Part shown: positions 8,822-18,128 of the stretch, in pieces
Layout: each line of letters starts with the position of its first letter
Numbering within the stretch: the first letter of the stretch is position 1
Translations under genes and position numbers: made by a program
The notes under the pieces: generated by a model
The model's input: the letters and a program-made list of their open reading frames with translations, nothing else
Told to the model about the DNA's origin: nothing
Databases searched by the model: none
NCBI RefSeq assembly: GCF_001306055.1
Contig: NZ_LGHJ01000007.1
Span: forward strand, 30,001-62,000
Direction of reading: 5' to 3'
Origin: Bellilinea caldifistulae
Lineage (GTDB): Bacteria; Chloroflexota; Anaerolineae; Anaerolineales; Anaerolineaceae
DNA: 32,000 nt

Positions 8822-10399
8822 TTAAAAATTTTTAATCGCTCTTTCTTGCAATTCCCGCCTGTTGATTTTACCGGTTGATGTTCTCGGAAAATCATCGGAT
8901 ATAACGATTTTGGCTGGAATTGCGTAGTTTGGCAATCGCCCGGAAAGGTGTTTAACTAAGTCATCCTCACTCAATTTCTCTCCTTGAACCAAAATGATGG
9001 CAGCTTCAATTAAATTGCTGCCTTCAACATCAGGGACGGGATAGGCCGCGGCTTCATGTACGGCGGGATGGGACAACAATGCTGCTTCAACCTCATCCAG
9101 TTCAACCCGATAACCCCTGGTTTTGATCTGCCGATCCTTTCTTCCCAAAAATTTGTAATTTCCGTCAGGCATTTTTTGAACCAGATCGCCCGTTCGATAA
9201 AAAATATCTTCACAATAACCAAACATCGAGCGCCGGAAAAATCCTTTTTCGGTCAGATCCGGTCTTCCCCAGTAGCCTTTCATGACCGTCCCGCCCCTGA
9301 TCAATAATTCACCGATTTGGCCGTCAGGTAAAGGTTTCCCTTCAGTGTCAATGACCAGGTCCTCTGTGTTTTCACAAACAATGCCAATCGGGATTGGCTC
9401 ATCGGAGTCTTCCGATAAAGGAGCGACATGGTAGTAGGTACAAACATTGGTTTCGGTAGGACCGTAAAGATTTGAAAAGCGCGCCCATGGGAGTGTCTTC
9501 ATAAGATTTCTTAGATGCTTGGTTGGGAAAGGCTCGCCAGCAAATAAAACCCATCGTAAAGACGAAAGGTTCTTTGAATCAAGCCCGCCCCTTTCAAGCA
9601 TTTGAATCAACGCAAAAGGTACGGAATACCAAATTGTGATTTTTTCATCTTGAATCCACCTGGCCATGCTGGCAGGTAATTTGGTTATTCCTTCTGGAAT
9701 AATGACGGTGGTGGCGCCGGCGATTGCGGCAGCAAAGAAATCGAAAGTGGAAAGATCGAAATGGAGTGGGGCGTGATTACTGATGTGATCAGAGGATGAG
9801 ATTTGATAAGTTTGCACCGCCCATTCTGCAAAAGAAAGTCCACTCCGGTGAGTGTGCATGATTCCTTTGGGGGTGCCCGTTGAACCGGAGGTATAAAGGA
9901 TATAGGCCAGATCCTGTTCAACCAGATTTATCGAGGGTTGTGAGGATGGATGACGGAAAATTTGATTCCAGGAATATGAAGGAACATTAATTTCTACGTC
10001 ATTTTGAATTCCAATGATTCCCTCGAGAGTTGTCTTTTCGATGATTTCCTTGAGGTTGTCTTTTCTGGATTCGTTCGTAATTAGGAAGCGAATTTGACAG
10101 TCATTTATAACAAAGATGAGGCGATCAATGGGTGCGAATGGATCTAAAGGCACATAGGCGGCACCTGCCGACAAAATGCCATAAATGGCTACGGCAGAGT
10201 TGATATTTTTATTCATATAAATTCCCACGCGGTCACCCCGTTTTACGCCCAGATCAACTAAGAAGTTTCCTAATTGGGCTGAATTTTTAGCTAATTGATC
10301 ATAAGTTAATTCTTCCTTCTGAAAACGGACTGCTGGATGTCTTGGGCGTAATAGAGCATTTTCATAAATTGCAGAATGCAAGAGGTAGCGGTAGCTCAT
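8822..10399 (-). CDS. Stand-alone amino-acid adenylation enzyme (ANL superfamily, NRPS A-domain/DltA-like)
   Basis: 525 aa with a full set of A-domain core motifs: LAYILYTSGSTGTPKG (A3), HFDLSTFDFF (A4, with the Asp that pairs with an alpha-amino group), NLYGPTETNV (A5), GELLIRGGTVMKGYW (A6), YRTGDLV (A7), GRKDRQIKTRGYRVELDEVE (A8), LPNYAIP (A9), PRTSTGKINR (A10). No C, T or TE domain is fused. Confidence 0.9.
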   Translation of the reverse strand: MSYRYLLHSAIYENALLRPRHPAVRFQKEELTYDQLAKNSAQLGNFLVDLGVKRGDRVGIYMNKNINSAVAIYGILSAGAAYVPLDPFAPIDRLIFVINDCQIRFLITNESRKDNLKEIIEKTTLEGIIGIQNDVEINVPSYSWNQIFRHPSSQPSINLVEQDLAYILYTSGSTGTPKGIMHTHRSGLSFAEWAVQTYQISSSDHISNHAPLHFDLSTFDFFAAAIAGATTVIIPEGITKLPASMARWIQDEKITIWYSVPFALIQMLERGGLDSKNLSSLRWVLFAGEPFPTKHLRNLMKTLPWARFSNLYGPTETNVCTYYHVAPLSEDSDEPIPIGIVCENTEDLVIDTEGKPLPDGQIGELLIRGGTVMKGYWGRPDLTEKGFFRRSMFGYCEDIFYRTGDLVQKMPDGNYKFLGRKDRQIKTRGYRVELDEVEAALLSHPAVHEAAAYPVPDVEGSNLIEAAIILVQGEKLSEDDLVKHLSGRLPNYAIPAKIVISDDFPRTSTGKINRRELQERAIKNF

Positions 10400-10442
10400 T
10401 TTTTCCTCGCGTATTCGTAAGTTAAACTACAAATCTACTGAT

Positions 10443-11732
10443 CTACTGAATTGTGGAAATCGAAGGATCATTTTCTGTGAGCGATATTGATTTTTTTTCA
10501 CCCAGGAAATAGGTCATTAATGGGCCGGCGGCCACTGAAGTGATAATGGCGGTGATAAATAAAGAAACAAAAATTCGTTCATCAATTAATCCATTGGAAA
10601 GACCGATCCCTGCAAGAATAATTCCAGTAGCACCGCGCGCATTTAATCCACTGGCTATTGCAAATACGCGGCGATTGATTTTCATACCGGCTATTTTTGC
10701 GCCTAAGAGGACGGAGAGAAATTTTGAAACAATAGCGCTAAGTAGAATAACTGTGAGCAGGGTAAAGTCAAAATTAATAATAAAATTAGCTTTCATACCA
10801 ATTGAAACAAAATAGATTGGTGCGAAAAATGCCATGACAAATTGAGAGATGACGGTATGGGCTTGTTCTGCTTCGGGATGTTTCCCCGCAACTACCGCCC
10901 CGAGTAAAAATGCCCCTAAAAAGGCGTGTATTCCTAAAAATTCTGCTACGGATGCGACTAATAAAATGGCTAAAGTAGTAAATGCTATAAAACCACTTGG
11001 CCACGAGACGGATTTTCTAATGAATCTCAGAGCTTGCGGCGCAAACCTTCTACCGAAAGTCAGCATTAGAATAAAAAATGAAAGGATTAAGAAAATAGTT
11101 TGATCAGCGCCGAGAGAAATTTCCCCAGCCTGGGGGCGATGAGTAAAACTCAACATGATTGCAAATAAAGTCCATGTGATTGAATCGTCAATCACCGTGG
11201 CATTGAGGGTGATTAACCCAATTTCTTTTTTTAGAAGACCCAGATCCTGAAGAATTCGTATAATAACAGGATTGGCGGTGTTCGCCAGGTTAATTCCAAT
11301 GAACAATCCAAAAATAATCAAGTTTTTCTGTGCAATCGGTCCCCAAAGGGCTGAGGGAAGCAGATACACCAGTCCAACTCCAAACGCAATGGGAAGTATT
11401 GTGCCAAACAAACCAATAAAAAATGCGTATCGGCCAACATGATTTGTGTTTGAAAAATTAATCTCGAGGCCAGCAATGAACAAGAAAAATAGCATTCCCA
11501 TTTTGATGGACGCATCACGTAAAATACCAACTTCCAAAGAAGATTGGAAAAGCCACTCAAAGAAATCGGGAAATAGCCAACCGAGGATAGTTGGACCAAG
11601 TAGGATGCCGCCAATCAATTCACCTAACACAGAAGGTTGTCGAAAGCGCCGCATGGTTTGTCCCATGACTAATGCGCAACCCAACATGAGAGCAATTTGA
11701 AGAAAGAACTTAATCAAATCTTGATTACTCAT
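10443..11732 (-). CDS. Cation:proton antiporter, CPA2 family (membrane domain only, no RCK/KTN domain)
   Basis: 429 aa and polytopic. N-terminal FFLQIALMLGCALVMGQTMRRFRQPSVLGELIGGILLGPTILG is the classic Kef/NapA-type opening. Its ATG overlaps the upstream stop (TAATG at 11730..11734). Confidence 0.85.
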   Translation of the reverse strand: MSNQDLIKFFLQIALMLGCALVMGQTMRRFRQPSVLGELIGGILLGPTILGWLFPDFFEWLFQSSLEVGILRDASIKMGMLFFLFIAGLEINFSNTNHVGRYAFFIGLFGTILPIAFGVGLVYLLPSALWGPIAQKNLIIFGLFIGINLANTANPVIIRILQDLGLLKKEIGLITLNATVIDDSITWTLFAIMLSFTHRPQAGEISLGADQTIFLILSFFILMLTFGRRFAPQALRFIRKSVSWPSGFIAFTTLAILLVASVAEFLGIHAFLGAFLLGAVVAGKHPEAEQAHTVISQFVMAFFAPIYFVSIGMKANFIINFDFTLLTVILLSAIVSKFLSVLLGAKIAGMKINRRVFAIASGLNARGATGIILAGIGLSNGLIDERIFVSLFITAIITSVAAGPLMTYFLGEKKSISLTENDPSISTIQ

Positions 11733-12952
11733 TAAAGTTGTGGTTTTCTCTCGACGGAATTAATAAAATTGCACTCGATATTCCTTACAGCCGCATCCCA
11801 ACTCCACTTTTCCTGAACGCGCCGATACCCATTTTGACCATATTCAAGTGATGTTTGGGGATTTGAAAGAAATTCAAAAACTGCACGAGCAAAGATTTCT
11901 TCGTTTCTTTCGACCAGTCTTCCGCTGATTCGATCCTGGATGGTTTCAAGTAATCCACCTTCTTTTACTCCAACTACGGGGGTTGCACATGCCATTGACT
12001 CGAGAGCAACCAGTCCAAAAGGTTCTCGATGTGGGGCATAAGCCGTCAAAACCGCCTGATTATATAATTCGACCAATTTTTCGTCGGGAATGCCTTCTAG
12101 GAATTGGACTTTTACACCAAGTTGATTGGCGAGATTGTTCAAGTAGTGAAATTCTTCCGGGTTTGAAAAATTACTTGAGATAACCAATATTGGTTGGTGA
12201 TGAGGGGGTATTAAAGAGATTGAGCGAATAATGAAATCAAATCCTTTTAGCGGGGTTAATGAGCCAACCGAGATGATCATATTCGTCTTTTGGACCCCCG
12301 TAAGGGGTTTGAACTTATCCGTGTCCACGCCCAGGTAATTGACTTCAGCATGGATTTGATAAATTGACTGGACCTGAAATTTCGTATAGCCAGAATTAAC
12401 ATATACATGACCGGCTTTTTGAATATTAAAAAGATCATTACGTTTCGCCATTGCTTTGTAATAGATTAAAAAGGGATCGACTCGGTTAATGGCTTTCCGC
12501 AACCTTGTTTCATCTTTGTAATATGGGCGTTGAGGGGCTTGTTCATAAAGAACTCGAAAGGGTTCATGGCAATAGTAAACGTTGGGTAAATCGGACAGGA
12601 ATCTTATGAGCGAGGGGGTGTTTTCAAAACGACAAGGTTCAACGAATACCAGATCCGGTTGTTGATTGATGATGTCTTGTGCAATAATTTCATTGAGTTT
12701 CCTTAGTCTGACCAAATCGGAAACTCGGATAATTGAATTCAATCTTCCCCAAGGGGAACGGAATAATTTCCCGGATCGAAAACCGTAGACATTATGAGAC
12801 TTTACCAAAGGACGTATGTCGCAAAAATCGTGATCGGCGCTTGAAAGGGAAAACACGTTGATTTCATGACTTTTGGAAAGTCTTTTTACGATTTCAAACA
12901 AAGATCTTTTTGCCCCGCCTGATGATAAATTATGATAGATCGCTATTTTCAT
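11732..12952 (-). CDS. GT4-family glycosyltransferase
   Basis: 406 aa. The motif EPFGLVALESMACATPVVGVKEGGLLETI is the Ex7E region of retaining GT4 enzymes. Confidence 0.85.
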   Translation of the reverse strand: MKIAIYHNLSSGGAKRSLFEIVKRLSKSHEINVFSLSSADHDFCDIRPLVKSHNVYGFRSGKLFRSPWGRLNSIIRVSDLVRLRKLNEIIAQDIINQQPDLVFVEPCRFENTPSLIRFLSDLPNVYYCHEPFRVLYEQAPQRPYYKDETRLRKAINRVDPFLIYYKAMAKRNDLFNIQKAGHVYVNSGYTKFQVQSIYQIHAEVNYLGVDTDKFKPLTGVQKTNMIISVGSLTPLKGFDFIIRSISLIPPHHQPILVISSNFSNPEEFHYLNNLANQLGVKVQFLEGIPDEKLVELYNQAVLTAYAPHREPFGLVALESMACATPVVGVKEGGLLETIQDRISGRLVERNEEIFARAVFEFLSNPQTSLEYGQNGYRRVQEKWSWDAAVRNIECNFINSVERKPQL

Positions 12953-12958
12953 AGGTTG

Positions 12959-14056
12959 TCAATTCGAGAAGGGAGACACAGGGGCGGTTTCCGGTCGTAA
13001 ATTTTCTCTAAATTTGAGGATGGAATGCAAAATAAGGGGGCTAATGGTGTACATCAATCTGATAAGATAAGTTTTACGATCCTGGGGACAGAGGAGCACG
13101 GCTTTTGACAACCACTTTTTGAGATAGATTTTTCCGGCTGAATTTTGGATGAGACGTTTTATTACTGCAAGTCTGATCAATCGGTTTTGTTCGCAGGCAG
13201 GGATTTGAGAAAAGGCGGGATGAGACATTAATTCTTCAATTTCTTCCTCATTTAAATTTAGATTGATGAACAGATCGTAAAATACATAAACTCTGGTTTC
13301 CTGTTTGCATTGATTGAATCTCGGTAAATCAATCATTTTTCGCCGGCAATATTTTAGAGATTGGTTTTTTCTATCGTTCCCGGTTGTAAGCGTAATGTTT
13401 GTTTGATGAACGCGGTAATAACATATCTGTTGATTGAGATAACCGAACAGGATAAACTGAGATAAGCGGGTAAAAAAATCCCAGTCGGGTCCAATGACAA
13501 TCCGTTGATCAAATTCAATTCGTGACGAGAGCGTTTTTTCACTCCGTAACATAACGGTCATGGGTGGGCCGAACACATCGGAAGCTCTCACAAGTTGTTC
13601 GAATAGATCACCCTCAAATGGGCCTCGCCTGTAGTTGGAAAGAGACGAGAGAATTTTATCGTTTGAATCAACATAAAAGCCATCACAATAAACCCCATCT
13701 TTTTCTGGATGTTGATTCAAGTAACTAACCATCAAGGCTAAAAAGGAGGGATGATAGAAGTCGTCAGCGTCTAAGAAAGCAAGAAATTCTCCCTGAATAT
13801 GAGTAAGTGCGTGATTACGGGCAGCAGCTTCTCCGGAATTCTCTTGATAAAAAACTCGTATGCGTGGGTCTGTAAATTCCGCAATGATCTTTCCGGTTTG
13901 ATCGGTAGAGCCGTCATTAATCAGGATTAATTCCCATAAATGATAGGTTTGATTTAGCAGGCTTGTAATGGCTAATCGGATAAATCTTTCTGCATTATAG
14001 GCGGGCATCATTACTGAAACCAAGCCAGCCTTCAATGATGGGGTAAGCGATGTCAT
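12959..14056 (-). CDS. GT2-family glycosyltransferase
   Basis: 365 aa. VSVMMPAYNAERFIRLAITSLLNQTY...LINDGSTDQT and FLDADD (DxD). Confidence 0.85.
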   Translation of the reverse strand: MTSLTPSLKAGLVSVMMPAYNAERFIRLAITSLLNQTYHLWELILINDGSTDQTGKIIAEFTDPRIRVFYQENSGEAAARNHALTHIQGEFLAFLDADDFYHPSFLALMVSYLNQHPEKDGVYCDGFYVDSNDKILSSLSNYRRGPFEGDLFEQLVRASDVFGPPMTVMLRSEKTLSSRIEFDQRIVIGPDWDFFTRLSQFILFGYLNQQICYYRVHQTNITLTTGNDRKNQSLKYCRRKMIDLPRFNQCKQETRVYVFYDLFINLNLNEEEIEELMSHPAFSQIPACEQNRLIRLAVIKRLIQNSAGKIYLKKWLSKAVLLCPQDRKTYLIRLMYTISPLILHSILKFRENLRPETAPVSPFSN

Positions 14057-15270
14057 TTTCTCTGTTCTATAACTTGATTGATGATAGAGATGATGTTTTC
14101 AGCGGTTTTTCTCCACGTATGCATTTCCTCGGCTTCCATTCGTGCTTGCTGACCAAGTGATATCGTTAATTTGCGATCGTTGGCCAGTAACTTTAGCGCG
14201 TCAAGAAGGGCTTTTTCGTCACACGGGGGGATGATCAGTCCGGTTTTGTTATGAACGAGGGTTTCAGGCTGTCCGTTTTGACCAGAGGCAATGATTGCCA
14301 GACCAGCAGCTTTATAGTCAAATAACTTTAGGCCAGAAAATTCACTCCAGCCGCAATAAGGAGATAAACCAATTTCGCAAGTTGCCAGGATTTCGGCATA
14401 TTCCTCTGGTGATAATGAGCCAGTAAAGGTAACTCGATCCTCAATGCCCAACTGTTTGGCAAGGGTTTGGGTCTCTTGCAAATCGCTTCCTGAACCAATC
14501 ATAAACAAGTGGGCGTTTATTCCGCTCCTTAACAATTCTCGAAAAGCATTAATGGCGAGTTTCGTGCCGTGCCACGGAAAAAAACTTCCCAGATAGACAA
14601 TTCTAGTTTCGGCTTGAGGATTTTTATTCTGAAAATTTGCCAACTCGTTTCTGCGAAGCAGATTGACTAAAACGGTTCCGTTCTCAACCACGCTTATCTT
14701 GTCTTGAGCTACACTCCATTTTTCGATCAAGTTTTTTTTCCATCCCTGACCAGAGGCGATGATGTGGGTTGCTTGTCCGAGCGTAAAACGGAAAAGGGCT
14801 TTGGAGATTATTAACTGCAAACCACCCGGTATTTGCCCTTTGGATTTGAGATCAAGCAAGGGGTCTCCATTAAATTCCAGAATCAGGGGGAGCCCCCTTT
14901 TTTTTGCAGCAAGCAGGCCTCCGTAGCTCATCCAACTAGTTCTTTCGTATAGCCAATCTATACCACTTAAATTTTCTAAAATTACATCAGAAAAACGCTG
15001 ACTTTCATAGTAATTCACATACGGAAGGCGAGAAAGGGTTTGAAATTTTCGAATGGGGCGTTCAAGAAATTTTTTTTGTCCATTCCGAATACTCGAAAAC
15101 TCTTTTAAATCCTTGCTGATCCAATAATCGTTTCCCATTCCACCGATAAACAGGATTTGATGCCCCATCTCTTGCCATTCGTGAACGATATGACGAATAT
15201 GATTGGCGGGGCCATCAAATGGGGGAGTGCGAAGTTCGGGGCTCAACTGGGCAAGGTAACCAATTTTCAT
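14053..15270 (-). CDS. GT4-like glycosyltransferase
   Basis: 405 aa. GT-B layout with a degenerate C-terminal motif (FSGLKLFDYKAAGLAIIASGQNGQPETLVHNKTGLII). ATGA overlaps at both ends. Confidence 0.75.
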   Translation of the reverse strand: MKIGYLAQLSPELRTPPFDGPANHIRHIVHEWQEMGHQILFIGGMGNDYWISKDLKEFSSIRNGQKKFLERPIRKFQTLSRLPYVNYYESQRFSDVILENLSGIDWLYERTSWMSYGGLLAAKKRGLPLILEFNGDPLLDLKSKGQIPGGLQLIISKALFRFTLGQATHIIASGQGWKKNLIEKWSVAQDKISVVENGTVLVNLLRRNELANFQNKNPQAETRIVYLGSFFPWHGTKLAINAFRELLRSGINAHLFMIGSGSDLQETQTLAKQLGIEDRVTFTGSLSPEEYAEILATCEIGLSPYCGWSEFSGLKLFDYKAAGLAIIASGQNGQPETLVHNKTGLIIPPCDEKALLDALKLLANDRKLTISLGQQARMEAEEMHTWRKTAENIISIINQVIEQRK

Positions 15271-16271
15271 TGCAGTGCGACTTCTTCAATACTCTTCCGG
15301 ATATTTTCTCTAACCAAAGCGCTATTACACTTCTCCAAAACGCGATCACGAATATTTTTTTGCTTTTGAATCTTTTCATTGTTAGAAAGATTTTCATATT
15401 CTAAAATTTTGCTCCCCAATTCTCTGTCGGTAAAAAAAAGATTCTCTTCGGGGAGTAATTCTTCTGCTCCTGGCCACTGATGTGCAAAACAGTAACAACC
15501 ACTTACAATGGCTTCCATTGGGGAAACCTGTAGTCCTTCCGAGTAACTGTTTGAGATGAAAATATCCACCTTTTTATAGAACTCTAAAGGGTTTTGGATG
15601 TGTCCATAAAAGGTAACTTTATTGTCGTTACCCAAACGCACGGGCAAATTGATAACTGCATCATGGTAATCGAGGAAACGTGGGTGAGCCCCCCCTCCAA
15701 TATGTAAGTGATATCCTTTTTTATCCAACCCCAATTCATAAAAAGCCAGAATGAGTTCATAGACTCTTTTTCGGGGAGTAAGATGTCCTAAAATTCCGAT
15801 ATTTTTCTGGAATATCCGTGGTTCATAAGGAAATCTTTCTGGATTTATTGCTTCAGGTAGCACACAAATTTTCCGCTCATTTCCGGGAAAACGAGCATTA
15901 AACTCCCTCCGCTTTGCTTCACTGACCAAAATTATTTGGTCTACCTTTGACCAATCTACTTGATTGGCCCACTGGTAGAGTTCATAACGATGTAATCGCG
16001 TAACAATTGAGGTTGTCTTTGGAAGTTGGGTGGCAAATGCTAACAACTCGCTTGCCCACTCAAAAAAAACGACTTGGTGATTGGATAAAAAATTACGCAA
16101 TTGATATTCAAATTGTTTTTTTTGAATCCGCTCACGAAAGAACGGAAACTTAATTTTTGGGGGTTCAAAGACATCTACAGCATGATGTTTTTTTAACTCC
16201 TGATAGATTTCATCAAAAAAAGCCCATGTTTCGTTAATAACAATACCGATTTTCATGCTTTGGATCTTCAA
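15267..16271 (-). CDS. GT4-like glycosyltransferase (short)
   Basis: 334 aa. C-terminal SNSYSEGLQVSPMEAIVSGCYCFAHQWPGAEELL resembles the Glycos_transf_1 motif. ATGA overlaps at both ends. Confidence 0.7.
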   Translation of the reverse strand: MKIQSMKIGIVINETWAFFDEIYQELKKHHAVDVFEPPKIKFPFFRERIQKKQFEYQLRNFLSNHQVVFFEWASELLAFATQLPKTTSIVTRLHRYELYQWANQVDWSKVDQIILVSEAKRREFNARFPGNERKICVLPEAINPERFPYEPRIFQKNIGILGHLTPRKRVYELILAFYELGLDKKGYHLHIGGGAHPRFLDYHDAVINLPVRLGNDNKVTFYGHIQNPLEFYKKVDIFISNSYSEGLQVSPMEAIVSGCYCFAHQWPGAEELLPEENLFFTDRELGSKILEYENLSNNEKIQKQKNIRDRVLEKCNSALVRENIRKSIEEVALQ

Positions 16272-18121
16272 TCTATGTAGTATTTATGCCAGAGTTCAAT
16301 AGCCATCAACGCCCCAATTTTTACGGCATTATTTTTTCCACCCATGTGATCCTTAACAACTTGGCGGATGCTTTCTGGTTTAAAGTAACCCCTTTCCAGA
16401 GAAATGGAAGAAAGAAGTGTTTGTTCAACCCATTCGCGCAGTGCAGTGCGAAACCAGGTTTGATAATCTTTGTAAGGACGATGTTCGGGACCAGCGAGCC
16501 AACCGAATCCGGCTTTACGTAGGTGCCACTTGATAAACTGGCCATTTCGGATCATGACCTCGCGGGCACAATGGGTCAAAGGTAAGTGATCGCGTGGGGT
16601 TGGAATGCGAGCCAGCCGGGGATATGCACGAATAAAACTATCTATCATCAACTTCCTCTCAAAGGCAAGATACGGCGGCACGGTCATCGAAAACTCAACC
16701 AAATCATTATCGGTAAAGGGCAGCCGGATAATTGCCCTATCTCTTGCCACAAGGACACCATTGATGGTCATGCGAGGAACGCGTTGGGTAAGATCAAAAA
16801 ATAATCTTTGGGTTGCCATTTGTCTTACTCCGGCGGAGCGTACTCCCTGTTTGTAATCTTCAACCAGACCATCTCCAACGTCTCTTAAGAAAGATTCAGT
16901 GAATAATCCCGCGTGTTCCGGGATGTCAAAGGTGAGAACACGATAGTCGCGGTAGGCTTGCAAATGCTCGTGTATCTCTGTTTCGCGATCATAATCAGCC
17001 CAAAATCGAGGACGCAAGCCAAAACCGAACATGGCATCACCCATGAAGCCTTTGTAAATTATCTGAGCAATTTGAGTTTCATCGGCCAAATTGGCAATGG
17101 CATGAAGATTGACCAGATTACCCATGCCGTCGGTTAGCTTGACCGCTTTTTCGCCTTGTTTCAACAGCCAGTCAGGCTTCAGTTCAAAAAAGTGATGTGG
17201 TGTTCCAACTACGCCGGCCGCCTCTTTTGCATAACGGGCATCATCCGACCCCGGTATACTCCACGTAAAAGTATGAAGGTTAGAAGGACCTAAAATATCG
17301 GCAAGAACGGCTAATAAAAATCGAGAATCTAAACCACCTGAAAGCATTATCCCTTTTGCCTGACTGCCGCCGATCTGTCGTTGAACAGCCTTTTTAATTT
17401 CCAATAAAAATCGTTCCTGATAAGAAGGTGGCTCACAGAAAGGGTAAATATCAAGAAATTGAAAATGAAAGTATCGCTTGAGGGTTAATTTACCGTTTTG
17501 ATATTTCAGGATGCTACCTTGAGGAAGCAGATTTACATCTTCGAGTAAGGTATTTTGATGTAAAAGGTGGTCAAATGTGAGGAATTCTTGAATCGCAACT
17601 CGATTCACACGTCGCGGCGTAGTCTGATCTACCAATATTCCTCTGACCCCAGAAGCAAACAAAAAATTCGATCCAAAATTTGCATAATAGACTGGATGTA
17701 GTCCCAGCCGGTCGTTCATAACAATAATGGTGTTATTTCGATTATCAAAAAATGCTGCAGAAAAAGCCCCATTTAATTTAATTGAAAAGGAGTCGCCTTC
17801 GAGTAAGTACAATCCGAGCAGAATTTCTTCATCTGTTTCACATTCAAAATTGTGTTGATTAAGTAAATTTTTCAATGGTGTCGTATCGTACAATTCTCCT
17901 TCAAAAACCAACCCAACGTTTTTGTTCTTATCCCATAAAGGCTGGTGATTTTGATTGAGAATCCCCAATGAATTTCTTCCCAAACCCCACCCTTGTCCAC
18001 TTTCAAATTGTCTCAAAAAGCGATCCTCCCAATCCAATGCAACGGACATTTTCTCAATGAGGGTCTGGCTTTCGTTTGTTGATATATCTTTCTTAAAGCC
18101 GTAAATTCCCGGCATGATCAT
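16268..18121 (-). CDS. Asparagine synthetase B-like ATP-dependent amidoligase with a degenerate glutaminase domain
   Basis: 617 aa. PP-loop motif MLSGGLDSRF. The N-terminus reads M-I-M-P-G-I-Y-G, where canonical class II amidotransferases have M-C-G-I-x-G. FEGELYD stands in place of the usual NGEIYN. Confidence 0.85.
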   Translation of the reverse strand: MIMPGIYGFKKDISTNESQTLIEKMSVALDWEDRFLRQFESGQGWGLGRNSLGILNQNHQPLWDKNKNVGLVFEGELYDTTPLKNLLNQHNFECETDEEILLGLYLLEGDSFSIKLNGAFSAAFFDNRNNTIIVMNDRLGLHPVYYANFGSNFLFASGVRGILVDQTTPRRVNRVAIQEFLTFDHLLHQNTLLEDVNLLPQGSILKYQNGKLTLKRYFHFQFLDIYPFCEPPSYQERFLLEIKKAVQRQIGGSQAKGIMLSGGLDSRFLLAVLADILGPSNLHTFTWSIPGSDDARYAKEAAGVVGTPHHFFELKPDWLLKQGEKAVKLTDGMGNLVNLHAIANLADETQIAQIIYKGFMGDAMFGFGLRPRFWADYDRETEIHEHLQAYRDYRVLTFDIPEHAGLFTESFLRDVGDGLVEDYKQGVRSAGVRQMATQRLFFDLTQRVPRMTINGVLVARDRAIIRLPFTDNDLVEFSMTVPPYLAFERKLMIDSFIRAYPRLARIPTPRDHLPLTHCAREVMIRNGQFIKWHLRKAGFGWLAGPEHRPYKDYQTWFRTALREWVEQTLLSSISLERGYFKPESIRQVVKDHMGGKNNAVKIGALMAIELWHKYYID

Positions 18122-18128
18122 TTACCTT

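Noticed and set aside
8797-8895. A 33-codon N-terminal extension of the carrier-protein ORF as drawn in the track (start at 8895).
   Set aside because: It would overlap the 3' end of the adenylation gene by 74 nt and adds non-homologous sequence. The ATG at 8796 has a GGAGG at ideal spacing and yields a normal 83-aa carrier protein.
10443-11732. Interpreting the polytopic 429-aa protein as a Wzx-type flippase for the glycan.
   Set aside because: Its N-terminal GELIGGILLGP region and overall pattern match CPA2 antiporters rather than MOP/PST flippases. The locus already has a Wzm/Wzt exporter.
10491-16128. A8/T8 homopolymers, for example near 10491, 14731, 15071, 16061 and 16121, as phase-variation tracts.
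   Set aside because: Runs of A or T at this length are expected by chance in AT-rich coding DNA. Only the G8 tract in wzt seemed worth flagging, and that only weakly.
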